A DNA stretch of 62,226 bases, counting the filler, from Choristocarpus tenellus KU-1152 (taxonomy: Eukaryota; Protista; Phaeophyceae): assembly GCA_964200185.2 (NCBI GenBank). It is 11 parts of 11 records of this genome, joined end to end, with 100 filler letters (N's around TTAATTAATTAA, not from the genome) between each part and the next. Parts side by side here need not be neighbours in the genome. Positions count along the whole stretch, not along the records: positions 39,731 to 46,585 come from CAXNAD020007211.1; positions 46,686 to 53,160 come from CAXNAD020008060.1; 9 more parts are not named here. One strand, given 5' to 3'. This document shows positions 39,901 through 52,100 of the stretch, piece by piece; position 1 is the first letter of the stretch; every line of letters begins with the position of its first letter. The notes below the pieces were generated by a model, which saw nothing but the letters and a program-made list of their open reading frames with translations, did no database searches and was not told where the DNA came from. The position numbers were made by a program, and so were the translations under genes.

Positions 39901-40729
39901 ATTTGACACGATGAGTTACTTTCGATATACCTACCAGAGACACATAACCTAGAACCATGTAGGCGTAAATATCATGCTTGAATGACCATCAAACAGATCG
40001 AAGGGCGCGATAAAGGTGCTCAATCTGGCAACATGAGCGATAATGATACAGCAGGATGTTACATGACATTCACGGGTCGGATAACCAGATGAGACCAAGC
40101 GATTCAACGTGAAAATACAACAAGACTCAAGAGTTGGTCATACCATGGAGCAGTTTGGCACTGTGACAAGAAGCCAATCTAAGGTAATAGAAGAGCCACA
40201 CCAGCAACCGGAGTCAACCCAGAGATGCAGGAGATCAGCCACAGTAACCAGTGTCCAGAATGCTAGGGCATGTAAATGATCCCTGGATTGCGCAAAGTTA
40301 TCCAACAATGCCAGGTCGCATGAGAAGCAGCATGGCGGAATAATCGACTGATCAAGAAGTCGATGAGAAGGATGCTGCCACCACCAACAACGGTGTGGCA
40401 CTAATCAGTAGCATCTTGAAGAAAGTGATGATGAAGTTCAAATCGAATGGAACGATGGAGGAACAGGTGCAGGAGAACATGACAATTCAAGCTCAGGTTA
40501 TGCCAGAGGGACTGGCATGTGAACCACCGCCTGAGCCAATAAATGTCACAAGTTCTCTACTCATCAGAGTCAAGTCATTGGGTGAAGGTGTTGGAACCTG
40601 GGATGGAATGAATAATGCTCTACTGTACGATGGCAGAGTGGTTGTGGTGTGAAGGGGTATCATCACGGTGCAGTGAAGCACCGGTGAGTTTGTGGTGGTG
40701 GACCTTATCGTCTGCTTTGCATAGTGAGA

Positions 40730-41105
40730 GGTTTTCTGGTACAGCTATGTTGGGTATTACTTCGTACATTCAAAGGAAGAGATTCAGTCTCTGTGTAGAG
40801 GCTTGTCACCTTGTGGAGAAGGGTTTTGTGGATGTTTTAACTCTGGATATATGGCATCCAGTTGTGTAGCAGGTACATTTAGTGCAGAGTGATCTTGGCG
40901 TCTAAGTGGGAGGGTTAATTGAACCAAGAATTACAGACAAAACCATCTGTGAGACACAACTGATGATTCTGTTGTGAAGATAAAACAAAGAAACAAACTC
41001 CAATCAATATCTGGGTCAACTCATACGGCACATACTACGCTTGCATATTTAAGGGATGTCGACTATGTTCCATACTTCCTGTGAAAACAAATGAGTAGCC
41101 TAACC
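40730..41105. repeat. Partial family D repeat
   Basis: GAGGCTTGTCACCTTG...GGCATCCAG...GCAGAGTGA...AAACAAATGAGTAGCC is colinear with 42720-43200. Confidence 0.65.
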
Positions 41106-41159
41106 ATAGACTTGTAACGGTGATTGATATCCTGTAATGAAATACCAATGATGTAAAGT

Positions 41160-41427
41160 GAGTGGAAGTATACTAGGGGATATCATTCTTACCCGGTTGT
41201 TCGTTTGAGGCTTGTCTTGCCACAGTTTTTTTATGACATTTTCTTACTCCAAAATGTTTCGGGAAGTTGGAAAAATGTATACCTTTCGGAGTAGGTATCA
41301 TGTCGATGTCTGGAATAAGGATATTGACACTTCCTAACAAACACGATGTCCAAAACTTCATCAAAATCGCAACATTGTTTTTTCGCCCAAAACGGACGCG
41401 ACTCTAGCCTCTAAGATACTTTGACTC
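41160..41427 (-). mobile_element. Family A copy 9 (diverged)
   Basis: TIRs recognisable; flanks AAGT/AGGT. Confidence 0.85.
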
Positions 41428-41499
41428 AGGTTGAGTAACGACCAGTACCGATGTGCGAATCAACAGTTAGGTTGAACTTGCAATACTGTATAGTACCAA

Positions 41500-42100
41500 A
41501 GAACACAAAAGATGAGTCGCCTATGTTTCAAGAGAAGGCGTTTGAAACTGAAATAGAGGGGGGCGGGAAAAGAACAACGTTTGGACACAGGTGCCATGAC
41601 CAATTGACCTCAAGGTGGTTCGATCTTAAATTGTGTTCAAGAGAAAAGTGTATGAAAACGGTGAAGTGGCAAGATACAAGTGCCGAAATTGCGATGGGAG
41701 GTTTCCAGCTTATCCCTGGACGAGAAATGATGAGAAGTATGATCCAACATCATCATCGGCAAGCCAGGATGTTGCAACAGCACGAATGGATGACCCGGGG
41801 CTAAGACACCTGGATGTGAAACAAGCGTTCATTCAAGCATTCAGTGGAGCAAGGAATCTTCTTTGATTACGAGGCCAGTGCCAGAAGTTTCCTGGGGGTG
41901 TTGGCAAACTAAATGTTCGGAACATTAGTAAACCTTTCCATCTATGGTTTAATTCAGGCATCACGGAAACTGGAATTGCATGCTCACAGACTCATTGACG
42001 ACACCAGGTTTGAACAGAAAAATGTTGAGCCTTGTGTGCTAATTAATATGGACCCCGAATGGTGAACTGGAAATCATAGTCATGTTTCATAAAGCCTGTA
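41500..42100 (+). pseudogene. Copia RT remnant
   Basis: VFKRKVYENGEVARYKCR; RHLDVKQAFIQA; EPCV. Confidence 0.8.
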
Positions 42101-42133
42101 TGAGCTTGATGTCTAAGATTTAGCACGATGGAC

Positions 42134-42449
42134 TGGTACAAATAACCTTGGAAGGTATTGCTATTTGATCAGTAGTGGAGACAAGAAGGTGTGGAGCCTT
42201 GCACGATTCTCCATTACTAAACGTGATTAGATGGTTGAAAAGAAGAGTGACCTCGTGGGGGGTGTTTTCTTATTGTTATTATATTATTATTCGTGCCTCA
42301 AATGTAAGTGAACGGTTAAGTCAGAGCATTCTAATTACAATACCAACCTTCGTACATATTCTCATTACCTACATCACATGGACTCAATCCAATACCATAA
42401 TCTCACCTACACGAAATAGGGCACACCTTACGATTGTCCTATTTTGCAC
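42134..42449 (-). repeat. LTR family C, copy 3
   Basis: ACCTTGGAAGGTATTGCTATTTGATCAGTAGTG ... GTCCTATTTTGCAC shared with 16041-16331. Confidence 0.8.
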
Positions 42450-42634
42450 TGAGCTCTAGTCTCACTATTCTAGAGCAAAACCAAGGAATCATCTGTTAAA
42501 CCTGAATCGAATACAAAATGTGTAGTCTGCGTTGCGAAGAGAAATCATAGTGCTGCAAAGCATCGACAAGTAAAATGCGTAGCCTGTGTTGTGAATGGAA
42601 GTCTTAGTGCTGTAAATCACCGAGGTATTTTTTC

Positions 42635-43211
42635 TGTTGTAACTGAGGTCATTGATCGCTCGGTCAAGAATAATGTGATATGAGTTTAGTGTTCTCTCTA
42701 GAGATACTCAACGAAAGAAGTCCATACTCTGTGGAGAGGCTTGTTACCTTGGCAGACAAGGGTTTTCGTGGATGGTTTAACTCTGAATATATCGCATCCA
42801 GGCGTGCATCAGGTACACTCATTGCAGAGTGAGCTTAGTGCATTATGAGGAGGTAATGGCAACCAAGGAAAAAATAATAACCAACAATTAGCGTGCAGCT
42901 GTAGTCTTCTGGTGTTTCAAAAAGAAGAAGAGAGAGGAGAAACAACAAAAAAATATATATTCCAGAAGAACACACTTGAATCAATAGCTGAAGTAACTCG
43001 GGTGACGCATGCTATCCCTGTGTGTGATGTATATCAACTGATGCTATGCATCTATGTACTGGGTATTGATTTCGTGGTGATGAGTTGGGAATGCAAAAAC
43101 AAACAAAAATGGACAATAACGACCAGCGCAGTGGACCAACCAACAGTCAGCGCAAACCAGTGGTGTTGTATCATATCAAGAAGAAACAAATGAGTAGCCC
43201 ATGTCTTAACA
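42635..43211. repeat. Family D repeat
   Basis: TGTTGTAACTGAGG...GTCTTAACA; similar to 16709-17537 and to the reverse complement of 4287-4940. Confidence 0.75.
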
Positions 43212-43449
43212 TCATAAAATCTAAGTGGTTTACAAGCATTGAACATGAGTATCAAGGAGTTACTCTTGCGCCTACAATCCTTACCAATGAGACACATCAT
43301 ACAAATCAGGTAAGACTGCCCCGTTTTGGTACAAATACGCCATTATAGCTTCCTTGAGATGCAATTCTCCCCTGAAGCTCATTATGGACTGACATGTAAA
43401 TCTCACTGAACATCTCAGCTAGCTTGCCGAGGTGTGTGCGTAGGGACAC

Positions 43450-44605
43450 TCAGAAAGTAGGTGTAACGGCTGCGAGTCCTGCCACAACCGCACAGGTTCC
43501 CATGCAGGTACCAAGAGCTGCATTGCATGCTAATAAGGCTGGTGACAACGCCACACCAGCAGTTGTGGCTCCAAACACGGCCCCTCCAGCCGTATAGCAG
43601 GCAACTGCCACACCATTGCACCTAAAGCAACACAGTTGTGAGATGATTTAACAATCAAAATATGCTTTTCCTTTGAGAGTAGAATTATTATCGTAACTCT
43701 CGCTCTTGTTTCAGTAAGCAGACGAAGGCTGCTCCACGCACAAGCCTAACTCTTCCAAAGAGGGGTCTCATCACATACACGTTTCTACGTCTTCCATGTG
43801 CTTTGTACCAAGGCACGCATGCTCCAAAGTATCCAAGGCTAATCATATCGTTTCCCAATGTACTCCAAATACTTCGGATAATCTGCACATCTTAGAAAAG
43901 TCGTTGTGAGAATACTCTTTCCCATCATAACAAATTGACTGCTGAGAAAAGTAATTCTGTCAGCAAACAAGATACAAAATATTTTCTGGGCGGAAAAAAA
44001 ATTATTATCAGCAGCACTTCTTCTACAAGGATCTCCTTACTTACTGGAATACATTTCAAGGTAAAGACTCTCTCCTTCAACATTCCAAGCAAATATGGTG
44101 GTTGGCTACGGGAGGAAGTAGGCTTATCCAATAAACAGGATCTTAAGCTTCACTTCTAAAGAATGGAGAAGAGCTCATCAACGGGCAACGTTAAAGGGGC
44201 AGAGAACCTGATCCAGTGACCCATCGTTCATTACGTAAGGAGTCCGGGAGGTCGCGATTTCGCTGCTTCTCCTTTCTCGTACTGCTGCTGTTGGAGCTGT
44301 GAGAGAGATGGGCTGCCCTACGTCCATCGTTCAACCCAACTAAAATAACAAAGGCTGTAGTAGTCTGGATAGGTATAATGTCTCAACCACTACCTAGATT
44401 CCAAACAACGAAATATGCAACACAATATCTCAGACAATGTTCACACATATTATCATCGATGACTGTTGCAGGCTTGAAATGTTCCTCACCCTGTCTGGCA
44501 GGATCCATAAGCCGCTATGGCTGCAAGAGGTCCGGCAAGGACCGTGCCGGAAGCAAGCAGGAAAATGAGGAGCAACATAACTCGAGCGCTGTTTGCTGTA
44601 GACAT
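43450..44605 (-). CDS. Small secreted cysteine-rich protein, 95 aa, two exons (44605-44490, 43621-43450); resembles the Chlamydomonas zygote-specific class V / fungal Cys-rich family
   Basis: Spliced product MSTANSARVMLLLIFLLASGTVLA-GPLAAIAAYGSCQTGCNGVAVACYTAGGAVFGATTAGVALSPALLACNAALGTCMGTCAVVAGLAAVTPTF*. The GT-AG intron is phase 2; signal peptide and 6 Cys present. Family assignment is from recalled motif, not a search. Confidence 0.88.
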
Positions 44606-44957
44606 TATCTTCATGCTTTTTGGGGCTGCCTCTGAGTCTTATGTCGTCCCTCGTCACTCTTCTTACTGTCTTCAGTGCCTACCCTTCAGGTAAGGTTCCT
44701 TGCGTCGTGCCGATTGTATCTGGTGTGATGAACCTATTGTTTTCATACACAATTGTTGACTGTGGCGTTTTGTGTTGTGGATAGCTTCACAAAATAGTAG
44801 CCAAAGTACTTGGGAGGAAGTGAGTTTGAATAAGGGTTCCACGCGATAGAAAATATATACGATTGATGCTACATCATATGTGGCGAATGATATATGATGT
44901 GCGTTTTGTGTTTGTTCTACCGCACATACATATCTCTGCGCTATGTATCCTTTTGTA

Positions 44958-45482
44958 GAACTCTTGTTACTATTTTGATTGATCTCTTGATTGGTTCCTG
45001 GATTGATTTGATTAATCAGATTGTACTTTGATGGATGATCGTATCATTTATATAGTGATATGTTTACCAATACCTTCGCCTTCTGAAGTTGTCTGTTCAT
45101 ATCCTTTGATGTAGACATCGGATTAAAAAATAGAACCATATTCGTGGTACCCTTCTTCACAACGTCTTTGTTTTGCTCACGAATTCTGGATTATTATTAT
45201 TATTTGCTCATTCCTAATTTGCCATTCCTCTATTCTCTATTCCCCATTTGATGGCCAACCATTGCAAATGCCCTTCGTCAATGATTGCCCGCCATCCCCC
45301 TTTGAACTCTTGTTACTATTTTGATTGATCTCTTGATTGGCTCCTGGATTGATTTGATTAATCAGAATGTACTTTGATGGATGATCGTATCATTTATATA
45401 GTGATATATTTACCAGTACCTTCGCCCTCTGAAGTTGTCTGTTCATATCATTTGATGTAGACATCGGATTAAAAAAGTAGAA
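44958..45482. repeat. Direct duplication of ~178 bp (44958-45135 and 45304-45482); related sequence at ~14350-14450
   Basis: Near-identical GAACTCTTGTTACTATTTTGATTGATC...GACATCGGATTAAAAAA. Confidence 0.9.
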
Positions 45483-45740
45483 GAGTCAAAGTATCTTAGA
45501 GGGTAGAGCTGCGTCCATTTGGGGGGCCAAAAGTCAATGTTACTATTTTGATGTTATTTTGCCTATCGTGTTGGTTAGGAAGTGTCAATATCCTTACTCT
45601 GGACACACGTTTCATAACGTATACATTATAACTACCCCTAAACTTTTGAAGTGGGAAAATGTCATAAAATAACCCATGGGAAGCCAAGCCCCAAATGGAC
45701 AAACAGGGCAAAATTCGTACCCTCTAAGACACTTTCACTC
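45483..45740 (+). mobile_element. Family A copy 10
   Basis: Full TIRs; flanks AGAA/AGGA. Confidence 0.9.
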
Positions 45741-46438
45741 AGGAGTCAAGAGTGTCCAAAGCAAGCACACCTTGGGTTAGTTGACACATTGTAAACATAG
45801 CTCTAGTCAACGACTAGTGTTTGTTGTCTCTGATTGCAGTGCATGGCCAAACAATCATGTATCAATTTGAACAGTGAATGTTCCATTTTCACAACACTGT
45901 AGGAAGTCATGGTTCAAGATATCTATTGGGATTGTGATTGGCTTAACTCAGATGCATACATATCCCAAAAACGTAAGATACAAAGCTTTCAATGCAACAC
46001 ATTATAACCCCTCTCAATCTATCCTATCCCTAACCCTACCCCCACAATCAATCTCACCCAGAATATTACTAGCGTATCTATCAATGTGATATATTGTTTT
46101 AGATATTATTACTTACTAAATACCGTTAGGTACAACCTCATCTACCTATCCACTTTCATAGTCTTTGATTTTCGGTTCTTGTACATAGACAATAAGAATG
46201 GAATGGTTCGAGTTTCCCAAGATAGGCGTTAATCAAGCATTACACAAAAAACAGTATAAATATGAAAGTAGTAGGAACAAGTAGATAACAAAATATGGTC
46301 AACAATATGGATGCACATTTTCAGAGTAATATATATGATAATACTTTCATACAGAATACAAGGGGGTGGTTAATAAACATCAAATATTTTCAAAGATAAC
46401 GGTATGGGGTACATACCTTCTTCCATCAGCTTGTCAAG

Positions 46439-46585
46439 GACTCGAAGTATCTGAGAGGGGGTGGTCGCTGTCCATTCAGGGGCCATTTTTCGTTGATTTG
46501 GTGGCATGCGTCAGATGGATAATATGAGGTCATTTCTCCTGGTCAGGGACCAAATGGACACCCCGGTGTAGCCCCCACCTTCCCC
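46439..46585 (+). mobile_element. Family B element cut by the gap
   Basis: GACTCGAAGTATCTGAGAGGGGG...CCAAATGGACACCCCGG. Confidence 0.78.
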
Positions 46586-46685
46586 NNNNNNNNNNNNNNN
46601 NNNNNNNNNNNNNNNNNNNNNNNNNNNNNTTAATTAATTAANNNNNNNNNNNNNNNNNNNNNNNNNNNNNNNNNNNNNNNNNNNN

Positions 46686-46839
46686 GGGGAGTCTAGACCA
46701 GAGTGTCCATTTGGGCCAAAACCAGGAAAAGTGCACTTTACTATCCATCCAATGTATAGAACCAAATCACCCAAAAATCGCGACATGAAAAAATTGACCC
46801 CAAATGGACAGCCGGCACCCCCCCCAGATACTTTGAGCC
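46686..46839 (-). mobile_element. Family B element at a contig start
   Basis: ...GTCCATTTGGG...CCCCAAATGGAC + 16 nt + AGATACTTTGAGCC. Confidence 0.82.
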
Positions 46840-48556
46840 AGATCAGGGCACACATACGTTTACCACCTATTGAATGCTGTTTTTTCATGTTTCTCTCTTT
46901 TTGGGGTTGATTGTTCTGGCGCATCCCTTCTTCGTATCTGGTATTTCGGATTGAACAAACCCAGAGTATGACAATGATTTTATTTTCTCCCTCCCATCCC
47001 AACACAACCTGGCGATGTGTCATGATACTAACAGCATCCTGCCCAAGGTAATATAATGTGTGGTAAGTGTTATGCAGCTGGGCTTCTCTTCAATACCCTT
47101 CGTAGTTACACCTATTTCTCTTTTCCCTTCTCCTCCATTTGCTTATTTATCCATTTCTCAAGCACTCCGTATATTGCTTTCCTCTGACTAGCTTTCAAAC
47201 ACAGATGGGTCTGGGACCCCCCAGACCAATACAAATAATATAATAATGAATGGAAACAGTTCTTCTACTGCATCCAGCCCAGCAAATACAGATATGTGGT
47301 ACTAATAATGGCAAGCATGTATCCATATATCGCGTCTCAAACTTTAATCTACTGGAGTAAGTGATATTTGTGGGAGGCAACACTGTCGGAATGAGTGGTG
47401 GTAGAAAGTGATAACCAATTTTAACCGCCTTGATAGATGGGACGGTTAGCTTGCTCACCTTGTGTTCATTGAAGAACATGTTTACACACTCATTGGCAGT
47501 CAAACACAGTACCGCACACTCCTCAGACAACCTAGCACTTGACACTAGCGTTACCCTAGAATATCTTGCCTGTTTCACTAGAAAGGGGGGATGCTATTCA
47601 TCACAATATTTTTGGATGTTCTGTTCCATTACATTGATTATCCGAGGTGTGAACACATAATATATACTTTGCATATAAAAAATAGACCCCTTCTACTTGA
47701 GACTTGTATTATATGCTTTAAATGATCACGGCCATGCTTGCAACTGATTTTGGTCTCAGCCACTACTCCTTCATACGTGCGATATCAAACAATAATGCCG
47801 TGGCAATACATCACAATCACCTAGTATACAACCAGTCACAGTACAGTGTTGTGGAACCTTAACCGGCTAACCAGCAACCTAACTTGCACAAACAAACGTT
47901 TCTTTATCATGGGGTACGTCCTGCATTGAGCAAGGTCCACTGTAGAGCTAGTTAGTGTGCTCCTGCCTTCCTTCTCCACACTCACTCGTGCAGTGACCAT
48001 AGCCCCCTACAGTGTTCACCATCATTGCCCATACAAAAAACAGAGTTGGCACAATGCTGTTGAAAACTGAATGGGGAATGAATTCAACGGTACCATGGAG
48101 TCACATGTTCCCCCCAAACGGCATTCTTTGGGCCCACTGACAGAAGAACATTTTAACGTATATTGGTTTAGCATGCTGATCTTGGAAATGATGCATGGTA
48201 CAAATGACCTTTGACAGGTTTTGTCCCATAAATACAGTAAAACCAAACAATGTGGATTGGAGAAGGCAGGCAGACACTGAAAAATCATGAGCACATCCTC
48301 CTCTCCTTGTTGAAGTCTTTCTCATCACTCGCAAGCTTTCGAAAGGGGTCATTTGTGTCATGTGTAGTATTTTGAAGATGAGGACCAAAAACGCACACAC
48401 ACCGAATGACACATGTGCAACTGCTTGATGTCGAACCAACCTGTACTCTTCTCCTGCCAGTGGACTCGGAGGATGACACCAAGGGAAATATGAGAAACTA
48501 AGGCACAGGAAATAGATTAGTCCCAAGAGGAACACCTGCACCTTATGCTTGGGTCA

Positions 48557-48830
48557 GAGTCAAAGTAAATGAGAGGTACCTAGAGTTGCATTTTAAGGAT
48601 GCTGACAAATATTTCAATACGCAGATTTTTTTTTTTTTTGCAAATGTGTGTAGGAGTTTTTTTTTCTTCTGAATTGTGTCAGGGAAAGTTTCAAATGATA
48701 AGAAAAAAAACCTATCACAAGTCAAACTTAGAACTTCATCCATGGGAATATGACTGAATTATAAAAGACTGAAAAACAGACTTGAAGTGCAAAAAGACCA
48801 AAACCTGGGTCCTCTCATTTGCTTTGGCTC
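48557..48830 (+). mobile_element. Family F element
   Basis: GAGTCAAAGTAAATGAGAGG ... CCTCTCATTTGCTTTGGCTC, flanked by TCA/TCA. Confidence 0.8.
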
Positions 48831-49169
48831 TCAGTAGTGGTCATAGAGGAGTCAAGAGGTTTGAAGATGTGTACTGATCTCTACCCTACGCTGTGTTGCC
48901 ATCATCTTGCGAGGCATCAGTCAAAAGGAAGGAAGAAACATCCACAACAAGGCAGTATCACTAGGAGCCGTGAGACAGGACTTCACCACCTTGTAACCAG
49001 AACCAGAGGTGAATATAGAGGGTAATCCTATTGATTGAGGCGGGAAGCATCATGTTGAGCACCACAGATTTACACTCCAGGAAGGGAACTGGAGGTAGAG
49101 CACGGACAATGGCTCTCTTACGAAAAGTCCTTGGCTATGGTGCGGCAGCCATGCCATTGAAAATTTGTT

Positions 49170-52100
49170 CTATGCTATACCCACCTTGACCTCATGTTCT
49201 AGCTTGTAATACCTGCAAAGCAACCAGAGCAAGGGTTAGAGGGTGTAGGGGGGTAACTGAGATCAGCGACCTTCAACCTACCTGATGGTTATGCCCCATT
49301 GACTGAGGTACACACATCATTTCGAGGTCACATTTTGCAATGGTCAAGTCACCAAGCAATCTTTCCGGCCCATGAACTAACCCTCCCTCAATCGTCCATG
49401 AGTGAGATGAGAATAAGGTGGCACTTGTGGGATGTCAACCTTTGGTGGGATAGATGATGCGTCCAAGTCCAAGAGGGAGGTGTGGTAGTGGTCCCCGTTC
49501 TGCTAGTGGCAGCTTGTGGTGTGCTGGGCTTCTTGCTGATATGTCAAGCAGGTGTATATAACAACAATGCACTCTACAAACTTTTACAGTATACATGGAG
49601 TGACAAAAACATGCCCAACGAAGCATCAATTATCTCTCCAGCCCTCTTCAGCACCCTGCCATCACTCTTGCTCCCCCCACGACCACCAAAGACACCTCAC
49701 CATCACTGCTTTGCTCACCTTTCAAACATACCCTTGTATATTTCTGCTGTTCCAAGGCATGGTTGAGCAGCCAATCGGAGATCACCCCCTGTCCCAGTGG
49801 TTGCTAGCACCTGTGAAAACGGCACCGGACTGCCGACCTTCTCCTGTGGCCCCTCTTTTGCCCCTACCCCTTCCCCTTTCCCAGCAGAGAGCCAGGCCTG
49901 CTTGGCTCTAAGGGCTGCCCCTACTGCAGCAGAGTCAGGAACTGACTTGACATGCACAGGGGCAGCAAAGACATCAGCAAGGACCTTCATTGCCAGAGAA
50001 TGGACATACAGCACAAGGGGGCGGTGTTTGCAGCACGGGGATAGGATAACTGCATAGAGGTTGAAACATGGCACCAGACAGGTAGTAGATGGAGGTGAGA
50101 GCATGCCATCCGCAAGGGGTGGTAGAGGGGTTTAGGTGGAAGGGGAGTCGGAGAGAATACGGCTATCCTAGGAGAGCGCCTTGTGGACAAACAGAAGACA
50201 CCAAAATATCAACATATCATCATGTCATATCGAAGGCTTGGGTGATGTCAACAATATGTCAAAATATCAACATATCATCAACAATTTTTCTGTGACAAGT
50301 GCGCAAACTCTACCTGTAAGATGGCTGGGCTGTTGGTGCCTCCCCCTGTTGCAAGAACAGTCGTGGGTGCAGGCATTCCCATCCTCAAGAGGCGGCTCTT
50401 CATTGACAGAAAGCGACCTTCCACCACCGCCCTCACTTCTTCTTCCGGTGAGAAGCGCTCTATGATTTCATCTGCAAAAGAAGTGTGTAGCAGTGAATAG
50501 TGTCAGTCCAACTATGGAGGAGCGACGAGCTGGAGGCCATGACATGTCATGGGAGAAGGGGAATAGAATATGTTATTCTGACTCCATGCCATGGTGGGCA
50601 GGGCTGTCCTCGAGAAGGGGAATTGATGGGGCGCACTGATATGAGGTCTGCTGTGTGCTTGATGTGTTTTGAACACATCATTGACTGCATGGATTGGCAA
50701 ATGCATTCCTCGAACTGTGGGAAAATGATGTGCTCTTCAAGACCAGCAAATCAAGGAATAAAACAATGTAAGTCTAACCAGCGAGTCCGCAACAAGGGGG
50801 ATTAGAGTGGGGTGTTGCAAGCATGTCAAGCCTGAAGTTGGGATAACCTCCCAAAATTTGGGGTACGGAGGTAACAATCCATGCAGCAGGGCGAATAATC
50901 TCCTATACTTTGACACGTGAGGATGTTATCTATCATAGAACTGAGGCTGGTGGTGGCGACTGCCCATATGCCCCTAGATTCTAAGTACTCAGGAATATTG
51001 TTATACATACACATATTCTGGGGTGTGTGTAAGTTATGTCTGGGGTGTATATATAATATATACATACATAAATACATCAAGGGATACAACACTCAAGTAC
51101 ATTGGTGTCACAACTACAGCTCCATTGAAAAAAAAGTAGAAAAGTTGCCTCAGACTTTACACTCCTCTCGGTCCAACACAAAAAGCAAAAAAGATCCAAG
51201 TCATAAAACACCTCAACCATGGTGCAAAAAGACCAAGCAGGCCTGCCAGGAGGGAGCATCACACCCTCCTGGCCACCCTACCCTATCTTACCCTGTTCTC
51301 CTCCACGTCTGCTCACTTCCCTCAGAATGAACAAATATCCCCAAAACTCACCTTCTGGACCACGCCGGTATTTTCCGGTAGAGTTGACCTGAGGTGTGAT
51401 CTCTGGCAGGTCAAGGAACAGTCCCAGTTGCTTGCTGTTTCCAGTCGGACCACGCTGGAGAAGGCTGTCAAAGTTGCTCCAGTTTCCATCACACAGCTGA
51501 TAATGGTCACCAGGGTCATCACAAGGAGTAGAACCGGGTATATGTGATTGATCAGTACAAGCGATTGCTATGTTAATTCAATTGCATGGTGCACACGAAT
51601 GTACAGGGGAAGAGGAACACAAAAAGGGAGGGAACCAAAAAAAGTGCGGTATTTAGAATCAATTTTATTTAGTATCAATTCATGGTAGTGTAGGGGTAGG
51701 GGTAGGAGTAGGGCGAGGGTATCGCTCCTATTGATCTACCGAAGCACAGCAAGGGGGACGGGACAAAAAAGGGTACACAATCCCTCAGAACACATTAATG
51801 AGAGGACTGAACAGTGCCCTTCTTTTTGTGCATCACAATGCTCGCTGCCAAACATATTTTTCACACGTACCAAGGGAACAACATTGGCCAACCTCAAAAC
51901 CGTTTTGTGAACAGCAGTCCAATCAAAAATAGCCAATACAAAGAGCAACTGCAACTAAACACAGAGTAAACAACAATCAATACAACTTTCTTCCCCCCCC
52001 AAAAGATTGAAAACAGATCATCATTATTCCCCTCCCCTGCCCAGGGCACAAATAGCCTCAACTCAAAAAGTGACCTAGTATCATGTTCACTGTGAAAGAA

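Noticed and set aside
47195-48541. Possible additional minus-strand gene
   Set aside because: There are some exon-like stretches, but I could not build a consistent frame or recognise a domain.
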